Origin: Clostridia bacterium
GTDB lineage: Bacteria > Bacillota > Clostridia > DUPQ01
Length of the DNA stretch: 64,000 nucleotides
Assembly: GCA_041678685.1 (NCBI GenBank)
Contig: JBAYNV010000003.1
Location: 24 to 64,023, forward strand
Reading direction: 5' to 3'
Shown in pieces: positions 10,176-19,700 of the stretch. A program made the position numbers and the translations under genes. The notes under the pieces were generated by a model. That model was not told where the DNA came from, did no database searches, and saw nothing but the letters and a program-made list of their open reading frames with translations. How positions within the stretch are numbered: the stretch's first letter is position 1; each line of letters begins with the position of its first letter.

Positions 10176-10718
10176 ATGGAGGTAATAGAAATAGCTGCTC
10201 AGAAGAATACCAAAAGTCAATATAGGATAAATGAAGATATTACAGCGCCTGAAGTCAGATTGATCGGATCCGATGGCATAGTTATCGGAGTCATGTCATC
10301 CAAAGAGGCTTTAGGAAAGAGCATATCTGAAGGTCTGGACTTGGTAGAGATATCACCGAGTGCCACACCGCCGGTCTGTAAGATCATAGATTATGGCAAA
10401 TTCATGTTTGAGGTCACTAAGAGAGAAAAAGAAGCCAAAAAGAAGCAGAAGACGATGGAGCTTAAGGAAATATGGCTGAAGATGGGGATCGATGAACATG
10501 ATTTAAATTTTAAGATCAAAAATGCCTGTAAGTTTTTAGCTGATGGCGACAAGGTGAAGGCAAGTCTTTCATTCAGAGGAAGAGAAATGACTCGTACACA
10601 AATGGGTGAAGAAGTAATAAGCAAATTTGTGGAGGCATGCGCTGAATTCGGGACAGCTGAAAAGGCACCTAAGCTGGAAGGCAGACATATGATAGTGATA
10701 TTGGCACCGAAGAAATAA
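10176..10718 (+). CDS. infC: Translation initiation factor IF-3
   Basis: PEVRLIGSDG...EISPSATPPVCKIIDYGKF is an IF3 N+C domain signature. The annotated ATG overlaps the GGAGG. A true start at a non-AUG (ATA) codon at 10185 or 10191 is plausible. Confidence 0.9.
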   Translation: MEVIEIAAQKNTKSQYRINEDITAPEVRLIGSDGIVIGVMSSKEALGKSISEGLDLVEISPSATPPVCKIIDYGKFMFEVTKREKEAKKKQKTMELKEIWLKMGIDEHDLNFKIKNACKFLADGDKVKASLSFRGREMTRTQMGEEVISKFVEACAEFGTAEKAPKLEGRHMIVILAPKK

Positions 10719-10736
10719 AATCAGGAGGAAGAAGAA

Positions 10737-10934
10737 ATGCCGAAATTAAAATCACACAGTGCTTCAAAAAAAAGGTTCTCTGTAACCGGAAGCGGAAAAA
10801 TAAAAATGGGACATGCTTTCAGAAGACACAGACTGACAACCAAGTCTAAGAGAGCAAAGAGAGACAACAGAGATGCAGCATATGCATCAAAAACAGATGC
10901 AGCGACTATAAAAAAACTGATCCCATACAAATAA
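10737..10934 (+). CDS. rpmI: 50S ribosomal protein L35
   Basis: [14 protein letters not shown]; 65 aa, basic. Confidence 0.9.
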   Translation: MPKLKSHSASKKRFSVTGSGKIKMGHAFRRHRLTTKSKRAKRDNRDAAYASKTDAATIKKLIPYK

Positions 10935-10948
10935 GGAGGAAATAAACC

Positions 10949-11293
10949 ATGGCAAGAGTAAAAAGCGGTGTTATAACCCGCAGAAGACATAAAAGAGTAT
11001 TAAAACTGGCAAAAGGCTATTTTGGAGCAAAGAGTAAGAATTTCAGGGTAGCAAAAGAAGCGGTAATGAAATCATTAGCGTATGCTTTTGGTGCCAGAAA
11101 AGCTAACAAACGTCATTACAGGACGTTATGGATAGCCAGGATCAATGCTGCATCAAGAGCTAACGGTATGACATATTCTGCGTTTATTACCGGACTTAAG
11201 AAGAATGGCATCGAACTAAACAGAAAAGTATTGGCTGATATGGCTTTGAACGATCCAGCAGGTTTTGCATCACTGATCAATTCGGTAAAGTAA
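10949..11293 (+). CDS. rplT: 50S ribosomal protein L20
   Basis: [26 protein letters not shown]. Confidence 0.95.
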   Translation: MARVKSGVITRRRHKRVLKLAKGYFGAKSKNFRVAKEAVMKSLAYAFGARKANKRHYRTLWIARINAASRANGMTYSAFITGLKKNGIELNRKVLADMALNDPAGFASLINSVK

Positions 11294-11306
11294 GCTGAAA
11301 ATCGAG

Positions 11307-12077
11307 ATGAACCGCATAGAGTCGAAAGACAATCAAAAGATCAAGCGACTGAAAAGTTTAGATAAAAGAAAGGTTCGCGAACAGGAGAACCTTTTTTTTG
11401 TCGATGGTAAAAAGCTTGTTGACGAAGCATTTAGAAGTAAGGCGGAAATCACAGAGATTTATGTCTCTGATGATTTCTACCAGAAAAACATGTCTTATGT
11501 CGATAAACTTGATTGTGAAAACATATATCTGATAAGAGACGGTATACTTGATTCGTTATCATATATGTCCAATCCCGAGGGGATCCTGGCACTTGCAAAA
11601 CCACTTAAGTGGGATATACTGGATATCATTTTACAGGCAAAACCAGTCGTGATCCTGGACAGGGTATCTGATCCGAAAAATGCAGGCACGATCATACGAA
11701 GTGCAGAAGCTTTCGGTATGGGGTGCGTATTCGCATTGGAGGGTACGGCTGATCTGTATAATGAGAAAACCATAAGGGCAAGCATGGGTTCCATATTCAG
11801 AGTTCCATTCCTGAAAATAGGTGAAGATATATTCAGCATTCTCAAGAAGGCTGAGTATGAGATATATGCATTGGATATGCACGGTGAAAGCATGGAAAGC
11901 GTCAGGTTGTCAAAGAGATGCGCTATCATAGTAGGGAACGAATCATTGGGGATCGACAGAACTATTAAAAAATATGTATCAAAGTCACTTACTATACCTA
12001 TGCAGGGTATGACGGAATCATTAAACGCGGCTTGTGCAGCAGGCATAATGATGTATAAGATATCTCTTTTGCATTAA
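11307..12077 (+). CDS. TrmH/SpoU-family RNA 2'-O-methyltransferase (YsgA/RlmB-like)
   Basis: SPOUT motifs LDRVSDPKNAGTIIRSAEAFG and IVGNESLGI. A gene in this position downstream of rplT is also found in Bacillus. Confidence 0.8.
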   Translation: MNRIESKDNQKIKRLKSLDKRKVREQENLFFVDGKKLVDEAFRSKAEITEIYVSDDFYQKNMSYVDKLDCENIYLIRDGILDSLSYMSNPEGILALAKPLKWDILDIILQAKPVVILDRVSDPKNAGTIIRSAEAFGMGCVFALEGTADLYNEKTIRASMGSIFRVPFLKIGEDIFSILKKAEYEIYALDMHGESMESVRLSKRCAIIVGNESLGIDRTIKKYVSKSLTIPMQGMTESLNAACAAGIMMYKISLLH

Positions 12078-12183
12078 TGCATGCGCATGTAACAGGAAGC
12101 GGAGTTGAAAATATCATAAGATGATCTATAATATAAGTAATATGTCCATTGCAAACATGGATAATAAAACAGGTGAGAAACGG

Positions 12184-12927
12184 ATGCCGAAAACAGCTTT
12201 ACAGTTGTATTCGATAAGGGAGATAGCAGAGCAGGATTTTTATCATGCTCTTCATGTCGCTAAACAAGCCGGATATTCCGGTGTTGAGTTTGCCGGTTTT
12301 CAGGGAAAAGAAGCAGGCGAGACGAAAAAGTATATCAATGATCTGGGTCTAGAAGCTGCCGGCAGTCATTCAGGTCTGAGTTCTATAGTCGATAAGTTTA
12401 CGGAAACCATGGAATACAATGAGGAAATCGGTAACAAATATGTTGTGGTGCCGTATCTGTCGGATCAGTTCCATAACGTTGAAGGCATGAAAATAGCAGC
12501 TGAATATCTCAATATAGCAAGTGCTGACGCAAAGAAATACGGGATATCGATAGGATATCATAACCATGCATTTGAATTTGTAGAGGGACCGGACGGTATA
12601 AGGCTTTTTGATGTTCTTGCAGAGAACACTTCAAAAGACATAATACTGGAGATAGATACGTTTTGGGCGGTAAAAGGCGGAGTGGATCCAGTCGAGTACT
12701 GCAGAAAGTATGCAGACAGACTGAAACTGGTCCATTTTAAAGATATAACACCGGATGGCAACGATACGGAAGTGGGAAAAGGCTGTATAGATTTCAAATC
12801 GATACTTAAGAGTTCTGAAGTGATCGAATGGTGCATAATGGAACAGGAAAAATACAATATGCCCATGGAACAGAGTATTGCTATAAGCTGCGATTATATG
12901 AAAGGACTGTTATTTGACAGAGCTTAA
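12184..12927 (+). CDS. Sugar phosphate isomerase/epimerase (xylose isomerase-like TIM barrel)
   Basis: AP_endonuc_2-like TIM barrel pattern (GYSGVEF...GYHNH...EID). The start at 12184 is preceded by GGTGAG; the ORF-track start at 12121 is likely too long. Confidence 0.65.
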   Translation: MPKTALQLYSIREIAEQDFYHALHVAKQAGYSGVEFAGFQGKEAGETKKYINDLGLEAAGSHSGLSSIVDKFTETMEYNEEIGNKYVVVPYLSDQFHNVEGMKIAAEYLNIASADAKKYGISIGYHNHAFEFVEGPDGIRLFDVLAENTSKDIILEIDTFWAVKGGVDPVEYCRKYADRLKLVHFKDITPDGNDTEVGKGCIDFKSILKSSEVIEWCIMEQEKYNMPMEQSIAISCDYMKGLLFDRA

Positions 12928-13252
12928 ATACGACGAAGAAGGTCTGGTACCTGTCATATGTCAGGATGCGAACACACTGGAAGTGTTGATGCTTGCATAT
13001 GCTAAAAGAGAACAGATCATCAAAACGATTTCAACGAAACGGGCGACCTATTATTCACGCTCAAGAAAAAGCGAATGGATAAAAGGCGAAACCAGCGGGA
13101 ATACACAGGAAGTGATAAACGTCATGGTCGACTGTGATCTTGACGCCGTAATTTATCTGGTAAAACCAGCAGGACCTGCGTGCCATACTAATCACAGGTC
13201 ATGCTTTTACAGAAGCATAAATATAAACGGAGAATTAGAAGAAAATGAATGA
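12914..13252 (+). CDS. hisI: Phosphoribosyl-AMP cyclohydrolase
   Basis: LVPVICQD...YSRSR..W.KGETSGN...DCD.D motifs. Confidence 0.85.
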   Translation: MTELKYDEEGLVPVICQDANTLEVLMLAYAKREQIIKTISTKRATYYSRSRKSEWIKGETSGNTQEVINVMVDCDLDAVIYLVKPAGPACHTNHRSCFYRSININGELEENE

Positions 13253-13523
13253 AATATTGAATGAATTATACGGAGTAATAGCTGATAGAAAATCCAACCC
13301 GAAAGAGGGCTCATACACATGTTACCTTTTTGATAAGGGATTGGACAAGATATTGAAAAAAGTAGGGGAGGAAGCATCGGAAACCATAATTGCCGCTAAA
13401 AACGACGGTAAAAGCGAACTGGTTTACGAAGTATCCGATCTGCTTTACCATCTGCTTGTTCTATTAGTTGAAAAAGGTGTAACTCTTGAAGATATTGAAA
13501 AAGAATTGAAGAGTAGAAGGTAA
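13245..13523 (+). CDS. hisE: Phosphoribosyl-ATP pyrophosphatase
   Basis: MazG-like HisE motifs (EEASE...[11 protein letters not shown]). It overlaps hisI by 8 nt. Confidence 0.85.
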   Translation: MNEILNELYGVIADRKSNPKEGSYTCYLFDKGLDKILKKVGEEASETIIAAKNDGKSELVYEVSDLLYHLLVLLVEKGVTLEDIEKELKSRR

Positions 13524-13524
13524 A

Positions 13525-14856
13525 ATGGAAAGAGATAAGAAAGCAACATACAGAAACAGAAAACAAGGTTTTAATTTTAAGAACAACAGAGGAACAAACA
13601 GAAGATTTTCGAATGATACAGAAAAAGAATATGTATATAAGGAACCGACTAAATTCAGAGCAAAAAGCGTAGAAAATAAAGCTGAGAACAAGACGGTTGC
13701 AGCATACTCAGGCATAAAATTCTCCGATCTGCATCTAAGTGAAGGGATACTTAAAGCTCTTGAGAAGAAGCAATATGTATTTTCTTCCACCGTTCAGACG
13801 GACAGCATACCTCCATTGATGGAGTACAAGGATATAATAGCAAAAGCGCCGACAGGCACAGGAAAGACATTTGCTTTTGGGATACCTCTTCTTGAACAGC
13901 TGGATTATTCTCTGACAAATGTTCAGGCGCTCATACTTGCGCCTACACGTGAATTAGTCATGCAGATAGCTGACGATCTTAAAGAGCTGTCACAGTTCAT
14001 GCCTGATGTAAGAATAGAAGCCATTTATGGCGGTAAAGCTATTGATTATCAGATAAAAGCTTTAGCAAGGCATCCTCAGATAGTTGTCGCAACACCAGGT
14101 AGGCTCAAGGATCACATGGACAGGAAAACCATAGATATTTCGAAAGTAAGAACTGCGGTACTTGACGAAGCCGACAGGATGCTTGATATGGGGTTTATTG
14201 ATGAAGTGACAAAGATACTTGACTCAATGAAGAAACGCAGGAATCTGGCCCTTCTGTCAGCTACCCTGTCAATGGGAGTAATGGATATATCATGGCTGTA
14301 TCAGAGGGATGCTATTGAGATCAATGTTGAGGAAAATAATGAGAACAAACCTGACATCGATCAGTATTTCATTATGCTGCAGTCAACAAGGCATAAGATC
14401 AAGGCTGTTGCAGATATCATGGATAATAACGAGTTCTACAAAGTCCTGTGTTTCTGTAATACCGTGAACATGGTCAGAAGGCTGCATGAGGATCTGCGTG
14501 AAAAAGGTTATTCCGTAAACTGCATCTACGGCGGCAAGTCGCAGGCCGGCAGAGAAAAGACGATCAGAGCATTCAAAGAGGAAAAACTCAATATACTTGT
14601 AGCTACTGATGTTGCCGCAAGAGGATTGGATATAAACGATGTCGACGCAGTTATCAACTTTGATCTGCCCGATGACAAGGAACAGTATGTACACCGTATA
14701 GGCAGAACAGGCAGAGCGATGAAGAATGGGATATCGATCGCTTTGATCACTCCATTCGATCAGGCAAAAATGGATGATATAATAAAATTCACAAAAGCTG
14801 ATATAAAACAGCTTCAGAACGATAGTATTTTACATATTGCACAGAAAGAAGGATAG
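13525..14856 (+). CDS. DEAD-box ATP-dependent RNA helicase
   Basis: Q-motif, AKAPTGTGKT, DEAD, SAT, HRIGRTGR. The N-terminal start is ambiguous. Confidence 0.9.
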   Translation: MERDKKATYRNRKQGFNFKNNRGTNRRFSNDTEKEYVYKEPTKFRAKSVENKAENKTVAAYSGIKFSDLHLSEGILKALEKKQYVFSSTVQTDSIPPLMEYKDIIAKAPTGTGKTFAFGIPLLEQLDYSLTNVQALILAPTRELVMQIADDLKELSQFMPDVRIEAIYGGKAIDYQIKALARHPQIVVATPGRLKDHMDRKTIDISKVRTAVLDEADRMLDMGFIDEVTKILDSMKKRRNLALLSATLSMGVMDISWLYQRDAIEINVEENNENKPDIDQYFIMLQSTRHKIKAVADIMDNNEFYKVLCFCNTVNMVRRLHEDLREKGYSVNCIYGGKSQAGREKTIRAFKEEKLNILVATDVAARGLDINDVDAVINFDLPDDKEQYVHRIGRTGRAMKNGISIALITPFDQAKMDDIIKFTKADIKQLQNDSILHIAQKEG

Positions 14857-15724
14857 CAATATCATGATCATTGACGCTCATAACCATGCAGACTGGCATA
14901 AAACCGATATGAATGCATTCATAAAAAATATGGATGACAATAATATCGATGTAACATGGCTGTTGTCCTGGGAATGCCCAAGGAAAGAATACGAAAACAA
15001 TAACGGAGCATTATGCTCTTTTCTGGATCCGGGTCCTATTCCTTTTCAGGCAGGATTGGCATATAAGCATGCGCATCCTGACAGATTCGTCCTTGGATAC
15101 TGTCCGGATCCGCGGGATCCTGATGCGATCAATAATCTTAAAGCTGCCGTGTACATACACGGTGTACAGGTATGCGGCGAGCTCAAGGTCAGAATGATGT
15201 ATGACGACTTCGATGCTATAAGGCTTTTCAGATGCGCAGGCGAACTGGGACTTCCGGTAACGATGCATTATGACTATGAATTCAATAAAGCATGGACGAA
15301 TGCATGGCCTAATTTCTGGTATGGCGGAGCGATCGATACATTTGAAAGAGTCCTTAAAAAATGTCCGGAAACGATATTCCTTGGACATGCACCCGGATTC
15401 TGGGCACATATTTCGAATGACGACCTGTATGACAAACAGTCATATCCAAAAGGTCCTGTTATAAAAGGCGGAATGATACCTTATCTTCTTGATAATTATC
15501 CTAACCTGTATTGTGATATGTCTGCTGGAAGCGGGTGCAATGCATTCACGAGAGACCTTGACAATGCTGTTTGGTTCATGAACACCTATCAGGACAGGAT
15601 ACTGTACGCAAGGGACTGGTTCGATACAAGGCACAGGGAGCTTCTCGATTCACTGGATCTGAGTCAGGAAGTTAAAGATAAAATCTACTATAAAAACGCA
15701 TTGAAACTGGTTCCTTTGAAATGA
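14837..15724 (+). CDS. Amidohydrolase-2 family (TIM-barrel metal-dependent hydrolase)
   Basis: IIDAHNHADW metal-binding HxH motif and DxH late motifs. The start may be at 14864 (MIIDAH). Confidence 0.65.
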   Translation: MHRKKDSNIMIIDAHNHADWHKTDMNAFIKNMDDNNIDVTWLLSWECPRKEYENNNGALCSFLDPGPIPFQAGLAYKHAHPDRFVLGYCPDPRDPDAINNLKAAVYIHGVQVCGELKVRMMYDDFDAIRLFRCAGELGLPVTMHYDYEFNKAWTNAWPNFWYGGAIDTFERVLKKCPETIFLGHAPGFWAHISNDDLYDKQSYPKGPVIKGGMIPYLLDNYPNLYCDMSAGSGCNAFTRDLDNAVWFMNTYQDRILYARDWFDTRHRELLDSLDLSQEVKDKIYYKNALKLVPLK

Positions 15725-16278
15725 AGAGGATGCTTGTTTCCGGTTTTTCGAAATTCGCCGGTTTCAATGAGAATATTACAGAGAAACTGATCAGAAAACT
15801 ACCGGACCATATAGGTAAGCATGACATACATACGATCATATTACCTGTGGAGTACGAAAAAGGTTTTGATGTCATGAATGATGAAATAGACAGGTCAAAA
15901 CCGGATATCGTCATTGCAACAGGTATGGCATATTCGAGAAAGAAAATAAGTATAGAAAGATTAGCCGTGAATATCGATCATTCTGATACTGCGGATAATG
16001 CAGGAGTGATAAGAAAAGATCAGATAATCGATCCGAAAGGTGAGGCTGCATATTTTTCCACACTGGAATATGATATCAAAGCCTATTCATCTGGTTTTGT
16101 AACAAATTCGTATAGTGCAGGCACATATATCTGCAACGACCTTTTTTACAGATTGCTCAGCAGCAGAAAAGGGAAGGATGACCCAAAAATATCATTCATA
16201 CATTTTCCCGGAGAGGAAAATCTGGCATATGAAAAACAACTCAGTACCTTTATTGAAATACTGAGCTCTCTTGATTAG
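15721..16278 (+). CDS. pcp: Pyroglutamyl-peptidase I (peptidase C15)
   Basis: MKRMLVSGFSKF N-terminus, catalytic Cys in SAGTYICNDLFY, His in FIHFPG. Confidence 0.85.
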   Translation: MKRMLVSGFSKFAGFNENITEKLIRKLPDHIGKHDIHTIILPVEYEKGFDVMNDEIDRSKPDIVIATGMAYSRKKISIERLAVNIDHSDTADNAGVIRKDQIIDPKGEAAYFSTLEYDIKAYSSGFVTNSYSAGTYICNDLFYRLLSSRKGKDDPKISFIHFPGEENLAYEKQLSTFIEILSSLD

Positions 16279-16293
16279 TTATCTGTTTATCTT

Positions 16294-17196
16294 TTATATC
16301 CCGTACAGGTCCAATGCATTCAATTCATTGCTGACATTGTGTTTGGTGAGATTTGATTTCGCATAATGGAACACCTCAGCTATGACCGGATCGACCCATC
16401 CTTTGGCAAACAGTCTTTTTGCAAAACTCACGGCAAGATCATCGATATCGCCTTTATCAACGCACAGTTCAATATAATTCCAGAGAACATCGTTTGTCAG
16501 TTCCACTCCGTTCATCCTCTGGACCTCTATCTTGTCTCTTGCTTCAGCCAGATCGCTATTACACAGTGATGTAAAAAGAAGCAGGTTGATATAGTCGCGG
16601 TCAACAAACCTCGGTATCTTTGTAAACAGTGAGGCTATGGATGTGTCTTCCATCAGGGTCTTGTCGGTAACAGAAAGCTTTTCCAGTAGTTTCCAGCGGA
16701 ATTCATTATCCAGTGCTTTGTATTCCAGACACTGTTTAAGCATTTCCTCAGAATTATATGGACGTTTCCCAAGCACTGCATACCAATAGGAAAGCAGGAT
16801 CTGAGCAAGAAGATTCTTTTTATTGCCCAGATATATCTCGTTTGTCTTTTTCATTTTACCTGCCATTTTGAAGCCGGAAACATACCCTCTTACATACTTC
16901 TTGAGAAGGCTTGTCTCCCTCATAAGATGACCGGTAATCATCTCAACGAACATGTCCCTGTTGGTATCCGATCCGGTAAGGTATTCCTTATACTTTTCGT
17001 ATGCCTTCAACGCAGCCGGATATTTGGTCGAACAGGCATAAGAGGTTATAAGACCCATCGCTGATTTCTGCGGTTCGATGCCATGCTCCAGCAGGTATTT
17101 GAAACCTTTCTCAGCTTCGATATAGTCACCATCTCTAAGACATATGCCTGAGTATGAATAATATAACTTCAGATCTTTGAATTCGTTCTTTGCCAT
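16294..17196 (-). CDS. Soluble TPR-like helical protein, third gene of MotAB-like cassette (300 aa)
   Basis: No TM helices. TPR-like helical repeats (YIEAEKGFKYLLEHG..., AALKAYEKYKEY). Its ATG at 17196 lies 4 nt after an AGGAG that overlaps the MotB-like stop TAG, so the two are translationally coupled. Confidence 0.6.
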   Translation of the reverse strand: MAKNEFKDLKLYYSYSGICLRDGDYIEAEKGFKYLLEHGIEPQKSAMGLITSYACSTKYPAALKAYEKYKEYLTGSDTNRDMFVEMITGHLMRETSLLKKYVRGYVSGFKMAGKMKKTNEIYLGNKKNLLAQILLSYWYAVLGKRPYNSEEMLKQCLEYKALDNEFRWKLLEKLSVTDKTLMEDTSIASLFTKIPRFVDRDYINLLLFTSLCNSDLAEARDKIEVQRMNGVELTNDVLWNYIELCVDKGDIDDLAVSFAKRLFAKGWVDPVIAEVFHYAKSNLTKHNVSNELNALDLYGI

Positions 17197-17203
17197 GATG
17201 CTC

Positions 17204-18214
17204 CTATTCAGCCTTATCAAGATAATCCTGTATGATCTGCCCTGCATTGTCATCCTTCAATATTATAGAGAATTCTATACGTCTGTTCTGAGAAAGGATA
17301 ATTGATATCGGTCGTGATTCAGAATAGGCCATTGCTCCGAAATACTTCTGGTATTTGGTCTCAAGATCAGGATTGCTTTTCATAAGATATGCAAGAACCG
17401 CTTCTGCTCTATTTGATGAGTACATAAGATTTTCATAATAATCTCCATCTGCACTTGCATGACCTTCAACTACTATTGATTCTATATATGATCCCGATTC
17501 ATCGATAATATCTTCAAATGCTGCAGCAAGTTTATCCAGAAGAGCATATGCGCTTGGATTGATTACCCAACTTTTTGTTTCAAATAAAACCGCTTCGTTT
17601 ATCTGCAAATTGGCGTCATCAGTAATAGAGACCTTGCCCGGACCTAAGGCTTTATCTATAGCTGCCTTTACGGTTTCGAATATGGTCGCCTGTAATACGG
17701 CAACTGTCTGCAGCTGATCTCTCATGGATTCAAGTTCAATAGTGTTTAAAGCTATCAGTCCCAGAAGTTCTGATTTCTGAGCTTCCAGTTCAGCCTGTTG
17801 CTGTCCCAATATTATGATCAGGTTCTCAAGATTTGTCGCTTCCGCTTCAGACATATTCAATGCCTCCTGTTTGGCTTCCAGCTCTGTTTCAAGGTTTATA
17901 AGCTCGATCCCTTTGGCCTCAAGCGAGTTTTCCAGCATTATAAGTATCGAACGCTGTTCTTCAAGCTCCTGTTCAGTTTCAAGAAGAGCAAGCTCCTTGG
18001 CTGCAAGATCGTTCCTCGTGGTTTCCAGCTGAGTTCCCGTTGCAATATTAGTCGCTTCCTGCTCATCCAGGTTGATCGATATTATTATGTTTTTTATGAA
18101 AACGATCAAAACAAGAAACAGCATTATGAGCACCATTGTGGACATTACATCCGCAAAAGATGGCCAGTAATTTTCCGGTTCACTTCTTTTCATATAACTT
18201 ACTCTTTGTTTCAA
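17204..18214 (-). CDS. MotB-like protein: TM anchor with conserved Asp, long coiled coil, OmpA-like peptidoglycan-binding domain (336 aa)
   Basis: WPSFADVMSTMVLIMLFLV is a MotB/ExbD-type TM with the channel Asp. Residues 50-190 are heptad-rich (LETE.ELE.Q). The C-terminus IVVEGHASADG...NLMYSSNRAEAVLAYL is an OmpA/MotB_C signature. TTG start with an AGAGGTG RBS. Confidence 0.7.
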   Translation of the reverse strand: MKQRVSYMKRSEPENYWPSFADVMSTMVLIMLFLVLIVFIKNIIISINLDEQEATNIATGTQLETTRNDLAAKELALLETEQELEEQRSILIMLENSLEAKGIELINLETELEAKQEALNMSEAEATNLENLIIILGQQQAELEAQKSELLGLIALNTIELESMRDQLQTVAVLQATIFETVKAAIDKALGPGKVSITDDANLQINEAVLFETKSWVINPSAYALLDKLAAAFEDIIDESGSYIESIVVEGHASADGDYYENLMYSSNRAEAVLAYLMKSNPDLETKYQKYFGAMAYSESRPISIILSQNRRIEFSIILKDDNAGQIIQDYLDKAE

Positions 18215-18239
18215 ATCAATTCACCTCTTTTATCATCTG

Positions 18240-19700
18240 TCAGTCATTTTTGATTGCTTTTTCAATGTCATCAAGTTTCTTCTGTATTTTTCCTGCCGCT
18301 GATTTGTTGTAGATCATCGTCTGTTCAGGTAACGCTACTATGGTTTGTGCAAGGATCTTCTGATTGTTATTGAAAGCTTCGCTCATCTGTAATACTGTTG
18401 CAACGGATTTCTCCATTGTCGCTGAAGTCTTGGATGCAATTATCTCGCTGCTTTCTTGTAAGGCTTCTGCAAAAGCATTCTTAAGCTTTTCGCTGAGATC
18501 GCCTATTTCACCTGTTGTCGAGATGATAGCCTGTTTGAATGAATCGCTCATATCCAGTACAGTTGCTGCATTAGCATCCGAAGATACCTTCAATGCTGAT
18601 GACAGGTCACTTAGCGAGGTGACTGCTCTGTCGATCTGGCCTGTAAGAGTTGATAGCTCATCAATAGTTTCCTTATTATTTGAAGCCATCTGATTTGCAG
18701 CATCTTTGACGTCCTCTGAGAATCCGCGGATAGCATCGTAATTTTTCATTATGAGATTTGCTGAATCTGATAGCGATTCGCTCATCTGTATGAAGGAGAC
18801 ATCCATTTTACTGACATTTTCCTTAAGGTTAAGGTTGAAGTCAGACATATCCTTCATGGCTACCGCCAATGTGCTTATTGCAGAATCAAATCTCTCAACG
18901 GTATTATCGAGAGCCTGTGAGGAAACTGAAACATCCATGACCACATTGGTCAGTTTGTCGCCGAATGACTCGACAGTCTTCTTCAATGACTCTTCAATTT
19001 TGAGACCGAAATCAGTGAATGTATCTTTTAAAATACGGTTCATCATCGTGTATTCAGTTTCTTTATCCTTAGCGATGAGGACTGCGATGCTGTTATCAAG
19101 ATACTCTTCGATATCTATCATAAGCGAACGTTTTTCTTCTTCGCAGTCAAATATGATAAGGCTGAAGTTCAGGAAAACTGATCCGACCAAACCTACAAGG
19201 CTTGTTGAAAACGCAGCTCCCATTCCTTTTGCGGCTCCGGCAAGTCTGGTAAGTATCTCATTCCAGTCAAGGCTTGCAGACCCTATATCCTGAAGCAGAA
19301 CATTTACAAGTTCGCTAACAGAGATCGTAAGACCTACGAATGTACCTAAAAGGCCTAATGTGACCATGATCGACTGGCTTTTCCGTACGAAGATCTCGCC
19401 ATACGAGCACAACTTCATGTGATCGGTGAAATTCTTTTCAACTATTGCCTGAGTGTTTACATTATTATTATTTATTTCGCCAGCAACTTTATAGTCTTGA
19501 ACGATCTCGTTGAGCATATCATTCTTGAATGTGCCTGCGCGTCTGTTCTGACGGTTGTTGATCTGTCTGCTTATTTTCGCATATTGGGATCTTATCAGCA
19601 GGTTGATAACAAAAGCTGCTATGAAAACTATTACTATTGTGACTATCACCAGTTTCCCGGAAATGTCAATGGCCTTAAAAAGTGAAATTAGATTCTCCAT
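18240..19700 (-). CDS. MotA/TolQ/ExbB-family proton-channel protein with ~300-aa helical C-terminal tail (486 aa)
   Basis: Three TM helices. TM2 carries the MVTLGLLGTFVGL signature of the MotA/TolQ/ExbB family. The long S/D/A/K-rich predicted alpha-helical tail follows. The start at the second ATG is preceded by AAGGAGAA. Confidence 0.7.
   Translation of the reverse strand: MENLISLFKAIDISGKLVIVTIVIVFIAAFVINLLIRSQYAKISRQINNRQNRRAGTFKNDMLNEIVQDYKVAGEINNNNVNTQAIVEKNFTDHMKLCSYGEIFVRKSQSIMVTLGLLGTFVGLTISVSELVNVLLQDIGSASLDWNEILTRLAGAAKGMGAAFSTSLVGLVGSVFLNFSLIIFDCEEEKRSLMIDIEEYLDNSIAVLIAKDKETEYTMMNRILKDTFTDFGLKIEESLKKTVESFGDKLTNVVMDVSVSSQALDNTVERFDSAISTLAVAMKDMSDFNLNLKENVSKMDVSFIQMSESLSDSANLIMKNYDAIRGFSEDVKDAANQMASNNKETIDELSTLTGQIDRAVTSLSDLSSALKVSSDANAATVLDMSDSFKQAIISTTGEIGDLSEKLKNAFAEALQESSEIIASKTSATMEKSVATVLQMSEAFNNNQKILAQTIVALPEQTMIYNKSAAGKIQKKLDDIEKAIKND

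Noticed and set aside
17798-19293. Several long + strand ORFs (17798-18253, 18364-18693, 18751-19293) antisense to the MotA-like and MotB-like genes
   Set aside because: They lie entirely inside the well-supported minus-strand genes. Their composition is low-complexity S/L/A-rich, typical of mirror-frame ORFs opposite coiled-coil coding sequence. They have no RBS and no domain signal.
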